From Octopus bimaculoides (taxonomy: Eukaryota), in the NCBI RefSeq assembly GCF_001194135.2, contig NC_069000.1, positions 17,384,198 to 17,429,906 of the forward strand: a stretch of DNA of 45,709 nt, given 5' to 3'. Of the stretch, positions 1 to 11,540 are shown one piece after another. The notes under the pieces are model-generated. The model was not told where the DNA came from and made no database searches. It saw only the letters and a list, made by a program, of their open reading frames with translations. Each line of letters begins with the position of its first letter. Position 1 is the stretch's first letter. The position numbers were made by a program, and so were the translations under genes.

Positions 1-64
<64 letters not shown>
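1..64. repeat. (AT)n followed by (AC)n microsatellite
   Basis: Directly visible dinucleotide runs. Confidence 0.97.
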
Positions 65-639
65 GTTTACAGATATATTCATATGTACTTTATACATAAT
101 GCGTTATTAAGTCAATTTTCTATATTTGCAGACACCATTATGTGTTGGATCAATTATCTTAACAGCTGGATACCCATCCTACCACTTATCATTCAAGCAT
201 GATGTAGGAGTGTGACCATTCTTTTGTTGTGTCAAACTGGAGCTAGTTTACCTGACTGACCTGGAGAAGAGGATCTCATACTGTACCAGTATAAACATAC
301 TTTATATAAACTATAATTTATGTAAGATAAAATTTAAATAACCTATACACATTCTCAAGTTTGTAGTCATAAATCCTGAAGTTCCTCTCAGGCCAACTAA
401 TCTTATTAAAACCAAATAAAATCTTATCCCCCAAAACGGCAATATTCGGGTCAGTGTACGCACTACCTTTTGGGGTAAAGGTTGCACATCCTATGAACAT
501 TATTAAATCATTTATAACATGCTCCATAATTCTTGTGACTACTTATTTGTTGGCCACGACCAAAATAGGCATGTCACCCACCACTGGTTTGTCCTAAATA
601 TTAGCTTGCCTGGACAAGTATACATGTGCAAGTAACGAC

Positions 640-1400
640 ACTAGTTCAAGATTCGCTTCATTATCTTGTTCAGTCTTCTAATATTAATTTTGCTATTTCG
701 TTTCATTTGTTAGCTTTTTTTCCCTCCCTCGTAGTAACTATTATGCGGCGAAGTATTTCCGATGATTCCCACAGCGAAGTCTTTTATTAAATAAACAGGT
801 TTGTTATATAGATAAATAAACCCTGGCAGCTGCCGCTTAAGTGTCTTGCTGGGCTGGTTGAACTTAAAAACAAGAAGTTGGTAGCAATTTACAGACTACA
901 AACTAACCAATGACCAAGAAATAGTTTGAATATAACACAACTAAACATTTTTTTCTCTTTGTCCGTCTCCCTCTATTTCTCGCTCGCTTTCTCTTTAATG
1001 TTTGTCAAAGAATTTTTTTTTTAAATGTTTTTCCTCTAAATATAAATAAATGAAAATCTATGACCAATCAGTTGTGGAGCAATAGAAGCATGTGCAGTGC
1101 AGTGGATTGTTTACACTATGAAAACCGTCTTTAAATTAAACAATGCACGTTCGTAAGTAGTCAGTGCGTTAGTGAAGATCCACAATGCGACATGCAGTGA
1201 AACCATAGGATGCAGTACCAAATACATGTGCTCGGATAAGAAGATAAATTATTTGTGGGCGGAGAGGAGGGGGGTCTATAATACAAACAATGGACATGAG
1301 CATCTATGGACGATTGTGTTACATCTATATCATTGTGAACAACATCTAGGCATAATAAACATAAGTCGTTATTTGAGAAATTAAGTTTATACAAAATTAG
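640..1400. promoter_or_regulatory. CpG-enriched, promoter-like region
   Basis: More CpGs than the flanks, CCAAT motifs (near 905 and 1063), GGGCGG near 1257, and a + strand GTAAGT donor-like site at 1153-1158. No transcript can be assigned. Confidence 0.3.
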
Positions 1401-1508
1401 GTCCGAGTTGTAGTTTCAAAACCAATACGATATAACGTATAAGGGGAAATGGACTGATTCAATTTCTTCGTTTATATTTAAAAAGGTTTTTTTTCAGTAT
1501 GTGTGTAC

Positions 1509-1561
<53 letters not shown>

Positions 1562-1653
1562 CTGGTGAGTGCGGTTGGAACATAAGTACCAACTTTCAGT
1601 CTCAAGCCGATTATTCTAATGAAACACATCGTTTATATTAAAATTAACCGTCA

Positions 1654-1689
<36 letters not shown>

Positions 1690-2328
1690 ATTGCAAATTG
1701 AACCATCAATTTATAATAACTATATCTATTAACCGTCAATTTATAATATATATATATATAAACATACATGTAATGTTTACGAATGAATATGTATGTAAAA
1801 TACATATTCATTACATACACATATACATATTCATATGGGGACACACACGCACACACACACATATATATATATATATATTCCAAACATTCACATGTAAATA
1901 TTACAAATGTAATATTGATCACATGTAAATATTACAAAACTAATACTGTTATGTAAACATAATAATATTCATATGTAAACAATGCACAGAAGCTGGAATT
2001 GCTGTTGCGAACATTATATACATTTTATATTATATACGCAAACACATGAAATATAAGAATGTCATCAAGTAGTAGGTGGGGGAGAGTTTGACCGTTTTTT
2101 TTTCACTAGTTAAACACAATAAGGTAAGAAGAAGAAGAAAAAAAAACAAAAAGAGCAAAAGAAAAAGAAGAAAACAGGAATAAACTAATGATAGGAAGGT
2201 AGGTACTGCGGTCAGTTAAACAATGTAGAGGTAGTATTACAGCCAGGAATTAGGACGACAAAGTGAGGCAGAGTGGACGTTAATTAGGCAAAGTGCTTGC
2301 CTAACATCCCCTCCCCCCTCACTCTTAC

Positions 2329-2354
2329 CGACTACAGACCTTCAATGTGAAGTA
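2329..2354 (-). other. Putative 26-nt micro-exon of an unidentified minus-strand transcript
   Basis: Minus strand reads CTAAT (branch-like)..TTTTCTATTAAGTTTTCAG | TACTTCACATTGAAGGTCTGTAGTCG | GTAAGAGT, with consensus acceptor and donor. Confidence 0.55.
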
Positions 2355-2611
2355 CTGAAAACTTAATAGAAAATATTAGACAAGTTTCGGGGGAAAAGAT
2401 GATATTTTGTTTGTTTCCTTCTGCTCGTTTTTTTTTTTTCTTTTGCTTGTATGTTGTTTTCTTCTTGCAACAAACTTGGTCGGTTTTGGTAAATAAAAGA
2501 CAAAAATCTTCAGGTAAGTAACAGGACAGGGAGACAACAGAAAGAAAAGTCGCAGGCAAAATGTTTACTTTTGAAAATTTTAACATTATATATATATATA
2601 CACCTGTACTA

Positions 2612-2643
<32 letters not shown>

Positions 2644-2812
2644 NNNNNNNNNNNNNNNNNNNNNNNNNNNNNNNNNNNNNNNNNNNNNNNNNATATATAT
2701 AGGGGGAGAAAAGTTAAAATGGTTTTCGAAGTGTGAGAAATAGAAAGGTAAAAAAAAATTAATAATTATAAGAAAACAATATCATATTTATGGGATTAGT
2801 AAAAATATACAT

Positions 2813-2845
<33 letters not shown>

Positions 2846-2924
2846 AGCAAAGAAAACAAAGAAAAACGAAATAAATTGAAGATAAAAAATAGTTGTGAAT
2901 GAAGATGGGAAGCAACAACCAATC

Positions 2925-3960
2925 GCCCCCATTAAAAGCCGATTGGTGTGCGGTAAGTAAATATAAAGGCATATATTATGCTAAAACCTCTAAATATGAA
3001 TATGTAAAAATCTTTTCCCCCCGCCATCCAAGCATCATTACCTTGTTTTTCATTCGGAGTGGCCGACCTGCTGCCAGTCGCCGTCACCGCTACTGCTGCT
3101 GATGTTGATGAGGCCATTTTGAATAATAATATACAGCTATTTAGTGTCCGGACAACTACGGAGACTAATCAGATGCACCGATTTACTGGTGCAGTTCCAC
3201 TTCGGTAGAATCCGGCAATCGCCGACGCTTCTACCGCGGTTGCCGTCGCACTCGTCGTCGTGATCGTCGTGGTAGCAGTTAGCTGACTGACTGCTGCTGC
3301 TGATGTCAATGCTGCCGCTACTGCTTATAGACTCCTTATTGTTGCTGGTGCCGCTGTTATTGTTGTTGCTTATGTTAGCAATGGGTAGTAGTGGTCGGCA
3401 TTTAATGTCGGTGAAAGTTAGATTCTGTATGGTGTTGTTGGGTAGTAGTGGTAGTAGCAATGTGTCGTGGTCGATGTCCAAGATTGTTGATATTCTCTGC
3501 TACCGCTTTTCTTATTGTTCTTGTTTTTGCGGCGCCGACGGCCACATGTATAGTGGGTAAGGCATTCATGACACAGACACACACCGTTAAATAGTAACCA
3601 GTCAATAATAGAGGGAAAGAGAGACGAAGCGGTGAGAGTACTGAGAGAAATAGAAACATTGAACGAAAAGAGAAAGAGACAGAGAGGGAGGAATTAAGAA
3701 GAGATTCAGATCGGATAGTTTGCTGTGATAAAGAGAGAAGTAATATTCACAATCAGCTGAGCCGCTGCTGCTTTTTCTTAAATGTCTTTTAAGCTTGGCT
3801 GGCACTACACAAACTCTTCTGAATATGTCGACTGGAAATTGAAATGGACAGTGCAATCTAAATGTCGCCCAAACGGACACGAATAATAATATATAAAAAA
3901 ATAATAAATAACTAGCAGCTCCACTGTCTTGTTGACTGACCCCTTCTGGTATGAACGGGC
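2925..3960. promoter_or_regulatory. CpG-island-like promoter / 5' leader region
   Basis: Dense CpGs, two opposed CCAAT boxes near 2920-2946, trinucleotide low-complexity tracts, and donor-like sites on both strands (3041 minus, 3557 plus). Confidence 0.55.
3042..3117 (-). CDS. Putative first coding exon (or uORF exon), MASSTSAAVAVTATGSRSATPNEKQ; product unknown
   Basis: AAAATGG start context after an upstream in-frame TGA, a CAAG|GTAATG donor at 3042/3041, and location in a CpG-rich block. No recognisable domain. Confidence 0.4.
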
Positions 3961-4065
3961 GGTAAATGTACGCCAGTTTGTCATTGGATCAAAAAAAAAA
4001 GCATAATCACACAGTTTATAGCGAACAAGCCATACACGCACCTACCTACATTAGCCTTCAAGCAT

Positions 4066-4118
<53 letters not shown>

Positions 4119-4489
4119 CGCACGCACACAGACACACGCCGGTTAGGAAACTTAAGAGTTTATCATTCCTATAAGTATGGAATTGTGTAGTTGGATTTAT
4201 CGAGGAGTAAATGGTTTCGTTCTCGTTCTACTTCCCCTTTTACATTTCCTACCATTATTACTGTCCAAGCCATCAGTATTGTATTGGGTCAAATATTATC
4301 GATTCTTTTTTTTTTCAGAAACCGACCCATCCATTTCAGTTTTCACCACTACACAGCAGCCCGGGTCCTTATCTATTTGTCCCTCTGTATGCATATATAC
4401 ATACATATATACAAGAGGCAAGTGTATGTATTCAGAGATGAATGCGGATAGATGGACACTGATATATATGTATACAAGCATACTTGTAT

Positions 4490-4521
4490 GTATTTGTGTG
4501 TGTATGTATATATATATACAT

Positions 4522-4591
<70 letters not shown>

Positions 4592-4597
4592 ATATTT

Positions 4598-4629
<32 letters not shown>

Positions 4630-4770
4630 ATATTTATATATATATATATATACACGTGTATATTTATGTGTATGTATATGAAAACTACACACAGCGCACA
4701 TAAGTTTGAATATGTTCAAATACATATATACTTATATGTATGTGTGTGTATATATATATATATATATGTA
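4490..4770. repeat. Compound (TA)/(TG)/(CA) microsatellite block
   Basis: Directly visible; source of the YIYI-type spurious ORFs. Confidence 0.95.
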
Positions 4771-5089
4771 ATACGCACGCACACACACATAAGTCTGAAT
4801 GTATTCAACACCTTCCTACATGATCTATTTGTTTATTTATTTGTCTGGTTATTCACCTATCTCCCTTGCCGTCTGACTCTCTTTCGATACGCGAATATCT
4901 TTTATTACGTTTCTAACTTGATATATACACCAGTAGGATTGGCTCAGAAGCATTAAAAAGGACAAAAAAAAAGCGAAAACGAAAATGGGTGAGGTCATCC
5001 AGAGAGAGTAACAGGGAGCTAGGTTTGAACTGTTGGTGACTCAGTGAGGCTTTCACAGCTAGCTAATGTCAAAGCCTTATATAACCCAC

Positions 5090-5660
5090 AATATAAACAT
5101 ATACATATGTATACACATACACATATATATAGTTCAATATACACACACATATATAAATAAATGTGTATATATATATATATATATATGCGTGTGTGTGTGT
5201 ACATATATCTACATAGTATAATGTATATATATATATTATGCACTCACACGTGTGTGTGTATGCATAATATATACACATATTTCTTTATGTATGTATTATA
5301 CTATATATACAGAGAGAGAGAGATACATGTGTGTGTGTATATGTACGTACAAATGCATATGTATAGACGTGTGTGTATATATGCATACGTGTGTGTGTGT
5401 ATGCATAATATATACATATATTTCTATATGTATGTATTATACTATATAGAGAGATATAGATACATGTGTGTGTGTGTATATATATATATGTATATATATA
5501 TGCAGATATATAGACATATATACATGCATATATATATGTATATATATATATACTTACAAATATATTTATATATACATACTTACATATACATCTCTCTCTC
5601 TCTATATATATATACAAGTTTATTTATACATCCAATATGTGTGTGTGTATGTATTTTTCT
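5090..5660. repeat. Compound microsatellite block with an internal duplication (about 5250-5340 vs 5391-5480)
   Basis: GTATGCATAATATATACA-ATATTTCT-TATGTATGTATTATACTATATA occurs twice. Confidence 0.85.
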
Positions 5661-5940
5661 TTAAAGGAACATTTTTTAAATAATTGCCTATAGAGGCATC
5701 ATTGAGCTGTGACGTGTCCACAAGGACTGACGGTATAACTTAAGGGTCATTGCCAATGAGAGATTTATGGTTCTAGAAATAGAATGTATGCTATCTAATG
5801 GCAAGTAATTCCTTCGATTATCTCTCCCTTGGTTTATGCATACATATATAAATGCATATATACATACATAGACATATGTGTGTGTATATATATATATATA
5901 TGTATGTATACATGTGTATATATATGTATATGTATATATC

Positions 5941-6065
5941 ATCATCATTTAATGTCCGTTCTCTATGCTGGCATGGGTTGGATGGCTTGATCAGAGCTGG
6001 GGAGTTGCACCAGACTGCAGTCTGATTTGGCATGGTTTCTGCAGCTGGATGCCTTTCCTAACGCC
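5941..6065. mobile_element. Short retroposon (SINE / RTE-related) copy, CATCATCATTTAA..GCTGGCATGGGTTGG family
   Basis: The same motif recurs at about 6241-6295, 7320-7545 (inverted), 11560-11650, 31020-31145, 33250-33450, 36690-36830 and 42110-42195. Confidence 0.75.
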
Positions 6066-6166
6066 TACATATATTTATGTGTGTGTATTTATAGAAAAAA
6101 AAATGAAGACAGGTGTATGAACAACAAACTGGTGTATTAGTTTGATGCTTGGGAAAGTGAAAAAGT

Positions 6167-6202
6167 CTTTTACGTTTCGAGCCTGCGCTCTTCAGCAGAA
6201 AG
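6167..6202 (-). ncRNA. Minimal type I hammerhead-ribozyme-like motif (position-6 variant) in a short repeat element
   Basis: Minus strand: CTTT-CTGCTGA-A-GAGC(GCAG)GCTC-GAA-ACGT-A-AAAG. Stem I 4 bp, stem II 4 bp, palindromic ACGT stem III, GUA triplet. A decayed second copy lies at 19251-19287. Confidence 0.45.
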
Positions 6203-6839
6203 GAATAAGAGAAAATAAAACCATCCAACCCATATATAATCATCATCATTCAATGTCCATTTTCCATGTTGGCATGGGTTGGACAGTTTAACTGGGGCGA
6301 GTTAGCAAAGGTATTTTTTTACATGTCACCAGCACCTGCAAGGCAAGGACCTCTCAGCTGAGAGAGGAAGTGCGAGGCATGGCCATAAGAAACATGCTCG
6401 TATGTATGGATGGCCAGAATTTTTACTTAGCTTTATGAGTCTTTTCAAGCTGTTTCAGTCACTTGTCATCTCCTCAGTGAGCCACTCCTGTATATATATA
6501 TGTATATGTGCATATATATGTGTGTGCATGTATAAACTGGCCTGAAGATCCTATGTAAACATTTAAACTATTCTTTTACTTACAAAAAACCCTCATAAAA
6601 ATTAAATTATCAATACACACTGTAAATAACTCTTCCAAATCAAATATATTAATAAATCATGTCAACACCATGGATAACCGACATGAACTCAAATAAATAA
6701 AACTTGGAAGTTAGAGATCCCATGCTACTCTAGCTATCCAGAAGAGCAAGAAAGTAACTAAGCCATAATAAAAATCTTATTAATCTCTTCTATAGTATTG
6801 AGTACTCTTTCTTCCAACAGAATATATATATATATTCTT

Positions 6840-7148
6840 TTATTGTTTTCTTTGTTTCAGTCAATTGACTGCAGCTATGCTGGAGCACTGCTTTTAGTTG
6901 AGCAAATCGACCCCAGGACTTATTCTTTGTAAGCCTAGTACTTACTCTGTTGGTTTCTTTTGCCAAACCGCTATGTTATGGGGACCTAAACACACCAGCA
7001 TCGGTTGTCAAGCAATGTTGGTGGGGGACAAACACAGACACACAAACATATACATATATATATATATATAAGTATACGATGGGCTTCTTTCAGTTTCCGT
7101 CTACCAAATCCACTCACAAGGCTTTGGTCGGCCTGAGGCTATAGTAGA
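6840..7148 (-). mobile_element. tRNA-headed SINE family A copy, head truncated, with internal microsatellite
   Basis: Shares GTTTCAGTCA-TTGACTG-GGCCATGCTGG and CAGTTTCC-TCTACCAAATCCACTCACAAGG blocks with the copies at 7570, 13930 and 32865. Confidence 0.8.
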
Positions 7149-7319
7149 TTTTAAGGTAGAGATGACATGAGAAAAATAAAAGAAAGACAGCAGAGTTTTA
7201 CATCTTCTACATTTGAGAAACTGCCTGCAGTTTTTATTTCCCATCTATCATCTTTACTCAAAAGAAGAATTCTGTCTGAAACTCCACTCCTCATTGCAAT
7301 TTCATAGTACTTTTCTGTC

Positions 7320-7545
7320 ACCATCTGAACGTGGCTGATGCAGGTGCTGCCTGACTGGCTCCCGTGCCGGTGGCATGTAACAGCACCCACTACACTCTCG
7401 GAATGGTTGGCGTTAGGGAGGTCATCCAACTGTAGAAACATTGCCAGATCAGATTGGAGACTGGTGCAGCCTCCTGGTTTGCCAGTCCCCAGTCAAACCA
7501 TCCAACCCATGCCAGCATGGAAAATGGACATTAAACGATGGTGAT
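7320..7545. mobile_element. Short retroposon copy, inverted relative to the 5941 copy
   Basis: CCAACCCATGCCAGCATGGAAAATGGACATTAAACGATG is the reverse complement of the family motif at 5941/6241. Confidence 0.75.
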
Positions 7546-7569
7546 GATGTATATAAATTTATATATATA

Positions 7570-7771
7570 CTCTTTACTCTTTTACTTGTTTCAGTCATTT
7601 GACTGTGGCCATGCTGGAGTACCGCCTTTTAGTTGAGCAAACCGACCCTAGGACTTATTCTTTGTAAGCCTAGTACTCTCTTTTGCTGAACCGCTAAGTG
7701 ATGGGGACGTAAACACACCAGCACCGGTTGTCAAACGATGTTGTGGGGAGGGCAAACACATACATACACAT
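7570..7771 (-). mobile_element. SINE family A 3' part running into an assembly gap
   Basis: High similarity to 6840-7030. Confidence 0.8.
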
Positions 7772-8295
7772 NNNNNNNNNNNNNNNNNNNNNNNNNNNNN
7801 NNNNNNNNNNNNNNNNNNNNNNNNNNNNNNNNNNNNNNNNNNNNNNNNNNNNNNNNNNNNNNNNNNNNNNNNNNNNNNNNNNNNNNNNNNNNNNNNNNNN
7901 NNNNNNNNNNNNNNNNNNNNNNNNNNNNNNNNNNNNNNNNNNNNNNNNNNNNNNNNNNNNNNNNNNNNNNNNNNNNNNNNNNNNNNNNNNNNNNNNNNNN
8001 NNNNNNNNNNNNNNNNNNNNNNNNNNNNNNNNNNNNNNNNNNNNNNNNNNNNNNNNNNNNNNNNNNNNNNNNNNNNNNNNNNNNNNNNNNNNNNNNNNNN
8101 NNNNNNNNNNNNNNNNNNNNNNNNNNNNNNNNNNNNNNNNNNNNNNNNNNNNNNNNNNNNNNNNNNNNNNNNNNNNNNNNNNNNNNNNNNNNNNNNNNNN
8201 NNNNNNNNNNNNNNNNNNNNNNNNNNNNNNNNNNNNNNNNNNNNNNNNNNNNNNNNNNNNNNNNNNNNNNNNNNNNNNNNNNNNNNNNNNNNNNN

Positions 8296-8340
<45 letters not shown>

Positions 8341-8399
8341 ATGATGATATCATTAGCAGTTTGTCGCTGAAACTATGACTGCTCATGGTTTTGGCATGA

Positions 8400-8720
8400 C
8401 TTGATAAGCTTTCTCCATATTGCTCGGTTTTTCACTTGAGTTTGACATTTATTGTAAACAATTCCTTTCCACTTCATATTTCTTTTTGTAGCATCTTTGA
8501 ATCTCAGTCTAGGTCTTCCATAGTTATGAGTAAAGGAGTTGTCTAGGGAGTCTGTTGTTGTCCATTCTGTGAGCTCTGCTCGTTCTGTAATTTCCTGGTC
8601 CAATTATGCATTATCTGAGATGATGTTGTCTAGGTATTTGAATCCTTTGCTTTGGACCAGGCCTTCATGTCTAATAGTGATGTTTTCTTCTGTTACAGGG
8701 GCAGGTAGGTTCTTCACAGG
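8400..8720 (-). mobile_element. Degenerate RTE-clade LINE ORF2 fragment, internally deleted
   Basis: Minus-strand translation gives GFKYLDNIISDNA*LDQEI (FxYLGS-like motif after the RT domain) and GRPRLRFKDATKRNMK..NRAIWRKLI, typical of the RTE C-terminus. Confidence 0.75.
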
Positions 8721-9458
8721 TTAGTAAAGGCATTTGGTTTTTCTGATATTAATATACTTGTGTCTTTGTATGTGTGTGTATCTAAATAACCCCCCCCCCC
8801 CCACACACACACACATACCATACGTACATACACCCAGATATAATATCTATTCAATTAGATTGACAAAGGCCTTTCCTTACCTGTTTGCAAAGTAAAAAAA
8901 GAAATACTGTCATTGTTGCTTTTAGGTCACATTATTCTTGTTTAGTACCATATTGGCCCTTCGTTAGAAGAACTATAATCAAAACATTCCCACAAGGACT
9001 ATTCAGCCTTTGTTATATATCTTTTATTGTATCATACAATGTAGTCTTAATTATCGCTTACCTAAAGATCACAGTGTGTGATTGAAAGAAAATTTAGTAT
9101 TTATTTCTAATATATTGAATGACCACATAGCAGTTCCCTTAATGATTCATTCGAGGTCATACAGTTTTTATTACTATTGTGTAAAACAAAATTACTTGGA
9201 ACTATAAAAGCTATATAATTAAGTTTGACATACTTCATTGAGTAGTTATGTATGACGAAGCACTTTGTTTAGTTTCTTTCACTTCATATTGTTGAGGTTA
9301 TTCTAATGTATTTATGAACACTTTTATTGTATTTTAAAAAAAATTCTATTGACTGGTTTAAAATAGTGTATTCTTTTGAGTATATTCTATTATGTTAAGT
9401 GATGATTGGCTAATAGTATGATTTGTATATTGAGATCAGGAAATATTGGTGTAATCCT

Positions 9459-9679
9459 GCAAGGAGATGCTGAAAAGTTCCTGTCTTTGGGTAAAAAAAA
9501 ATACAGGAGGATCAGTTAATTATGATTTTGTTCAACATATTCCCCTCTCAGATTCACACACTTATTGCAGCAGTCCTTCAGTTTTTCCAGGCCCTGTAAA
9601 AGAACTCAGAAGCTTGGGCCTCCAACCAGGCCTTTCATGATACCCTTAAAACCAGAAACTTTACCGCATCCCCCTTGTA
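9459..9679 (-). mobile_element. Mariner-derived MITE with both terminal inverted repeats
   Basis: Left end GGAGATGCTGAAAAGTTCCTGTCTTT, right end AAAACCAGAAACTTTACCGCATCCCCCTTGTA. The interior is the reverse complement of a transposase C-terminus (..CNKCVNLRGEYVE*). Confidence 0.75.
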
Positions 9680-9685
9680 GTTTAA

Positions 9686-9813
9686 CATGATTGATATCAA
9701 CCTGTGCAAGACTGACCTTGGTTCTGCATTACCAACCATTCTGAAGCAGCTGTTTCAGATATTCTGGTATTGTAGAACCAAGGGAGGTCTTGCACAGGTC
9801 GAAATCAATCATG
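9686..9813. repeat. 128-bp imperfect palindrome (foldback / MITE-like)
   Basis: 49-bp arms 9686-9734 and 9765-9813 (42/49 complementary), plus inner CTGAAGCAGCTGTTTCAG on the same axis. Confidence 0.85.
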
Positions 9814-9879
9814 GTAGTCAATGACATCAGCAACAGCAGTAGCATAAACTACTAGCCAATGAGTGAGTTGTAAGCCAAT

Positions 9880-10090
9880 AAGGGAGCTTTTGTGTGGTCA
9901 CTTGGCTTGTTAAAAATAGCAGCCAAATCTCTTTCAAATTACACCCCATCATCTTAGAAATGGGTACACTGGGTATTGTAGTCCTGAGTTCCCTACACGT
10001 AGTAGGAATATAGGATGGTTTACAACTGAACTGCCTTTAATCAACAGTCTGCCTAACAAGGCTGGCCTGGAGCTAAACAAAAACAACAAC
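9880..10090 (+). mobile_element. Short retroposon family C (..AAATAGCAGCCAAATCTC..GGATGGTCA..GCTAAACAACAAC)
   Basis: Related copies at about 12520-12750, 14875-15075, 15215-15375, 15890-16050 (inverted), 24610-24790 (inverted) and 30560-30680 (inverted). Confidence 0.7.
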
Positions 10091-11344
10091 TAGTGTTAAA
10101 GTGGATATATTTAAATTTAAATCTCTACCAAAATATTGTGATTTCAAAAGAAAAAGATTTCATCTTGGTTTCATGTAATAGCCTTTTGTTGAGTTCCAAA
10201 CATTGTATCTGATAAATTATACTGATAAAATCAATAAATAAAGTTACTAATTCTCTCAAAATTCTTGTTTAGTTTCAAAACTCTTTAAGATACTTAAACT
10301 GCATTTGCTTGATTGAAATTGGAATTATGAAAGGATCAAACATGCAGTGGTTCTGGATTTTGTATTGAACTGAAGTCTTTTATCATTACTATACTGATTC
10401 CCTTCAGCCACTCCTACGCAGAATAGGCCCTCTTGATTTGGTTACCCACACAATGACTGAAATAAGTAAACAGTTAAAAGATAAAATATAAAACAGATTT
10501 CAAGTTTACTGTAATATAATTGCTTCTTAGAAAGCAAGGCAGAAAACTACAAATCAATAGGGAAGAGTGTTGTCAGTTATGCTGAACTCAGTTTTTGGTT
10601 TGTGGTTCATCCTGTTCCAGCATTCAGAATGCACACTCACTTAGCAGCATAGTAAATGATATTGAGTTGAAGTGTCCTAAAATTATAGGAATTCAATGAC
10701 AATCCTATTGAACCTTTGAAGAGAATAATTAGGGAGGAGGAGGTTGAGAAAAAATTGAAAACATACATTTTGAATTTGAATTTTAAACATCACAAATTAC
10801 ATTAAAGAGAAAACGAAATTTCAAAATAGCTGTGGTTCTTACACTAGAATAATTTTTGAAATTCAATTAATTTTATAAATGATGCAGTGATAGATGTGTG
10901 TCAGAGAAATACAGAATGGATGAAGAGAAAAAAAACTGTATATAACAAGAATCACAGGAGAGAAAAATTCACCCTATTCTACTCCTTTTTCCAGACAAGA
11001 GATCAAGAACACTTGACATAGCAATCCCATCAAACTGACTAGCCCTGAAACCACTATCCCAAATTATTACCGCATTGTATGTATCTAGACCGACAATTAT
11101 ATTTGCTACCAGCAATAAAAAAAAAACAACAGAGATTTCTGTTGTGTAAAGCTCATTCATGAATTTTGCAACTGTGGTATTAAAGCCTCTATATTTACTT
11201 TCTTTTCAAAGGACAAACTTTTAACATGTTGGATTTTCTTACTCATCACAATAAATCATCTCACTACAATTTATTTTTCTTCTACGAACTTTTATACATT
11301 ATCTTTTGCTGACATAGGCCACCATCAGTTTCTGTGGATTTTGA

Positions 11345-11540
11345 GTCTTTCCTCAATCATGAAAGGCCTGATTGAAGGCCCAGTCTTCCAAGTTCTTTTA
11401 CAGGACTTAGAAAAAATTGAAGGATTGCTGCAATAAGTGTGTGAATCTGAGAGGGGAATATGTTGAATAAAATCATTATTTATTGATCCTCCTGTACTTT
11501 CTTTTACCCAAAGGTAGGAAGTCCTCAGCACACTCCCCCA
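11345..11540 (+). mobile_element. Mariner transposase 3' end plus TIR; same family as 9459-9679, opposite orientation
   Basis: Translates KA*LKAQSSKFFYRT*KKLKDCCNKCVNLRGEYVE*, followed by a decayed TIR. Confidence 0.75.

Noticed and set aside
318-527. 69-aa minus-strand ORF MEHVINDL.., preceded in frame by a GTPase-G4-like MPILVVANK
   Set aside because: In-frame stops on both sides of the motif, no other GTPase boxes, and no convincing splice sites. A decayed element cannot be excluded.
3303-3560. Leu-rich, signal-peptide-like ORF on the + strand
   Set aside because: The hydrophobicity comes from antisense reading of (GCA)/(AAC) repeats. Kept only as part of the low-scored antisense-transcript idea.
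4177-4956. 259-aa ORF and the many other YIYI/CVCV-rich ORFs (e.g. 5161-5664, 38996-39839)
   Set aside because: Translations of (TA)n/(TG)n microsatellites with no domain content.
7694-8386. Long ORFs spanning N-runs (also near 2644, 18114, 25088, 40523 and 42195)
   Set aside because: They are open only because assembly gaps contain no stop codons.
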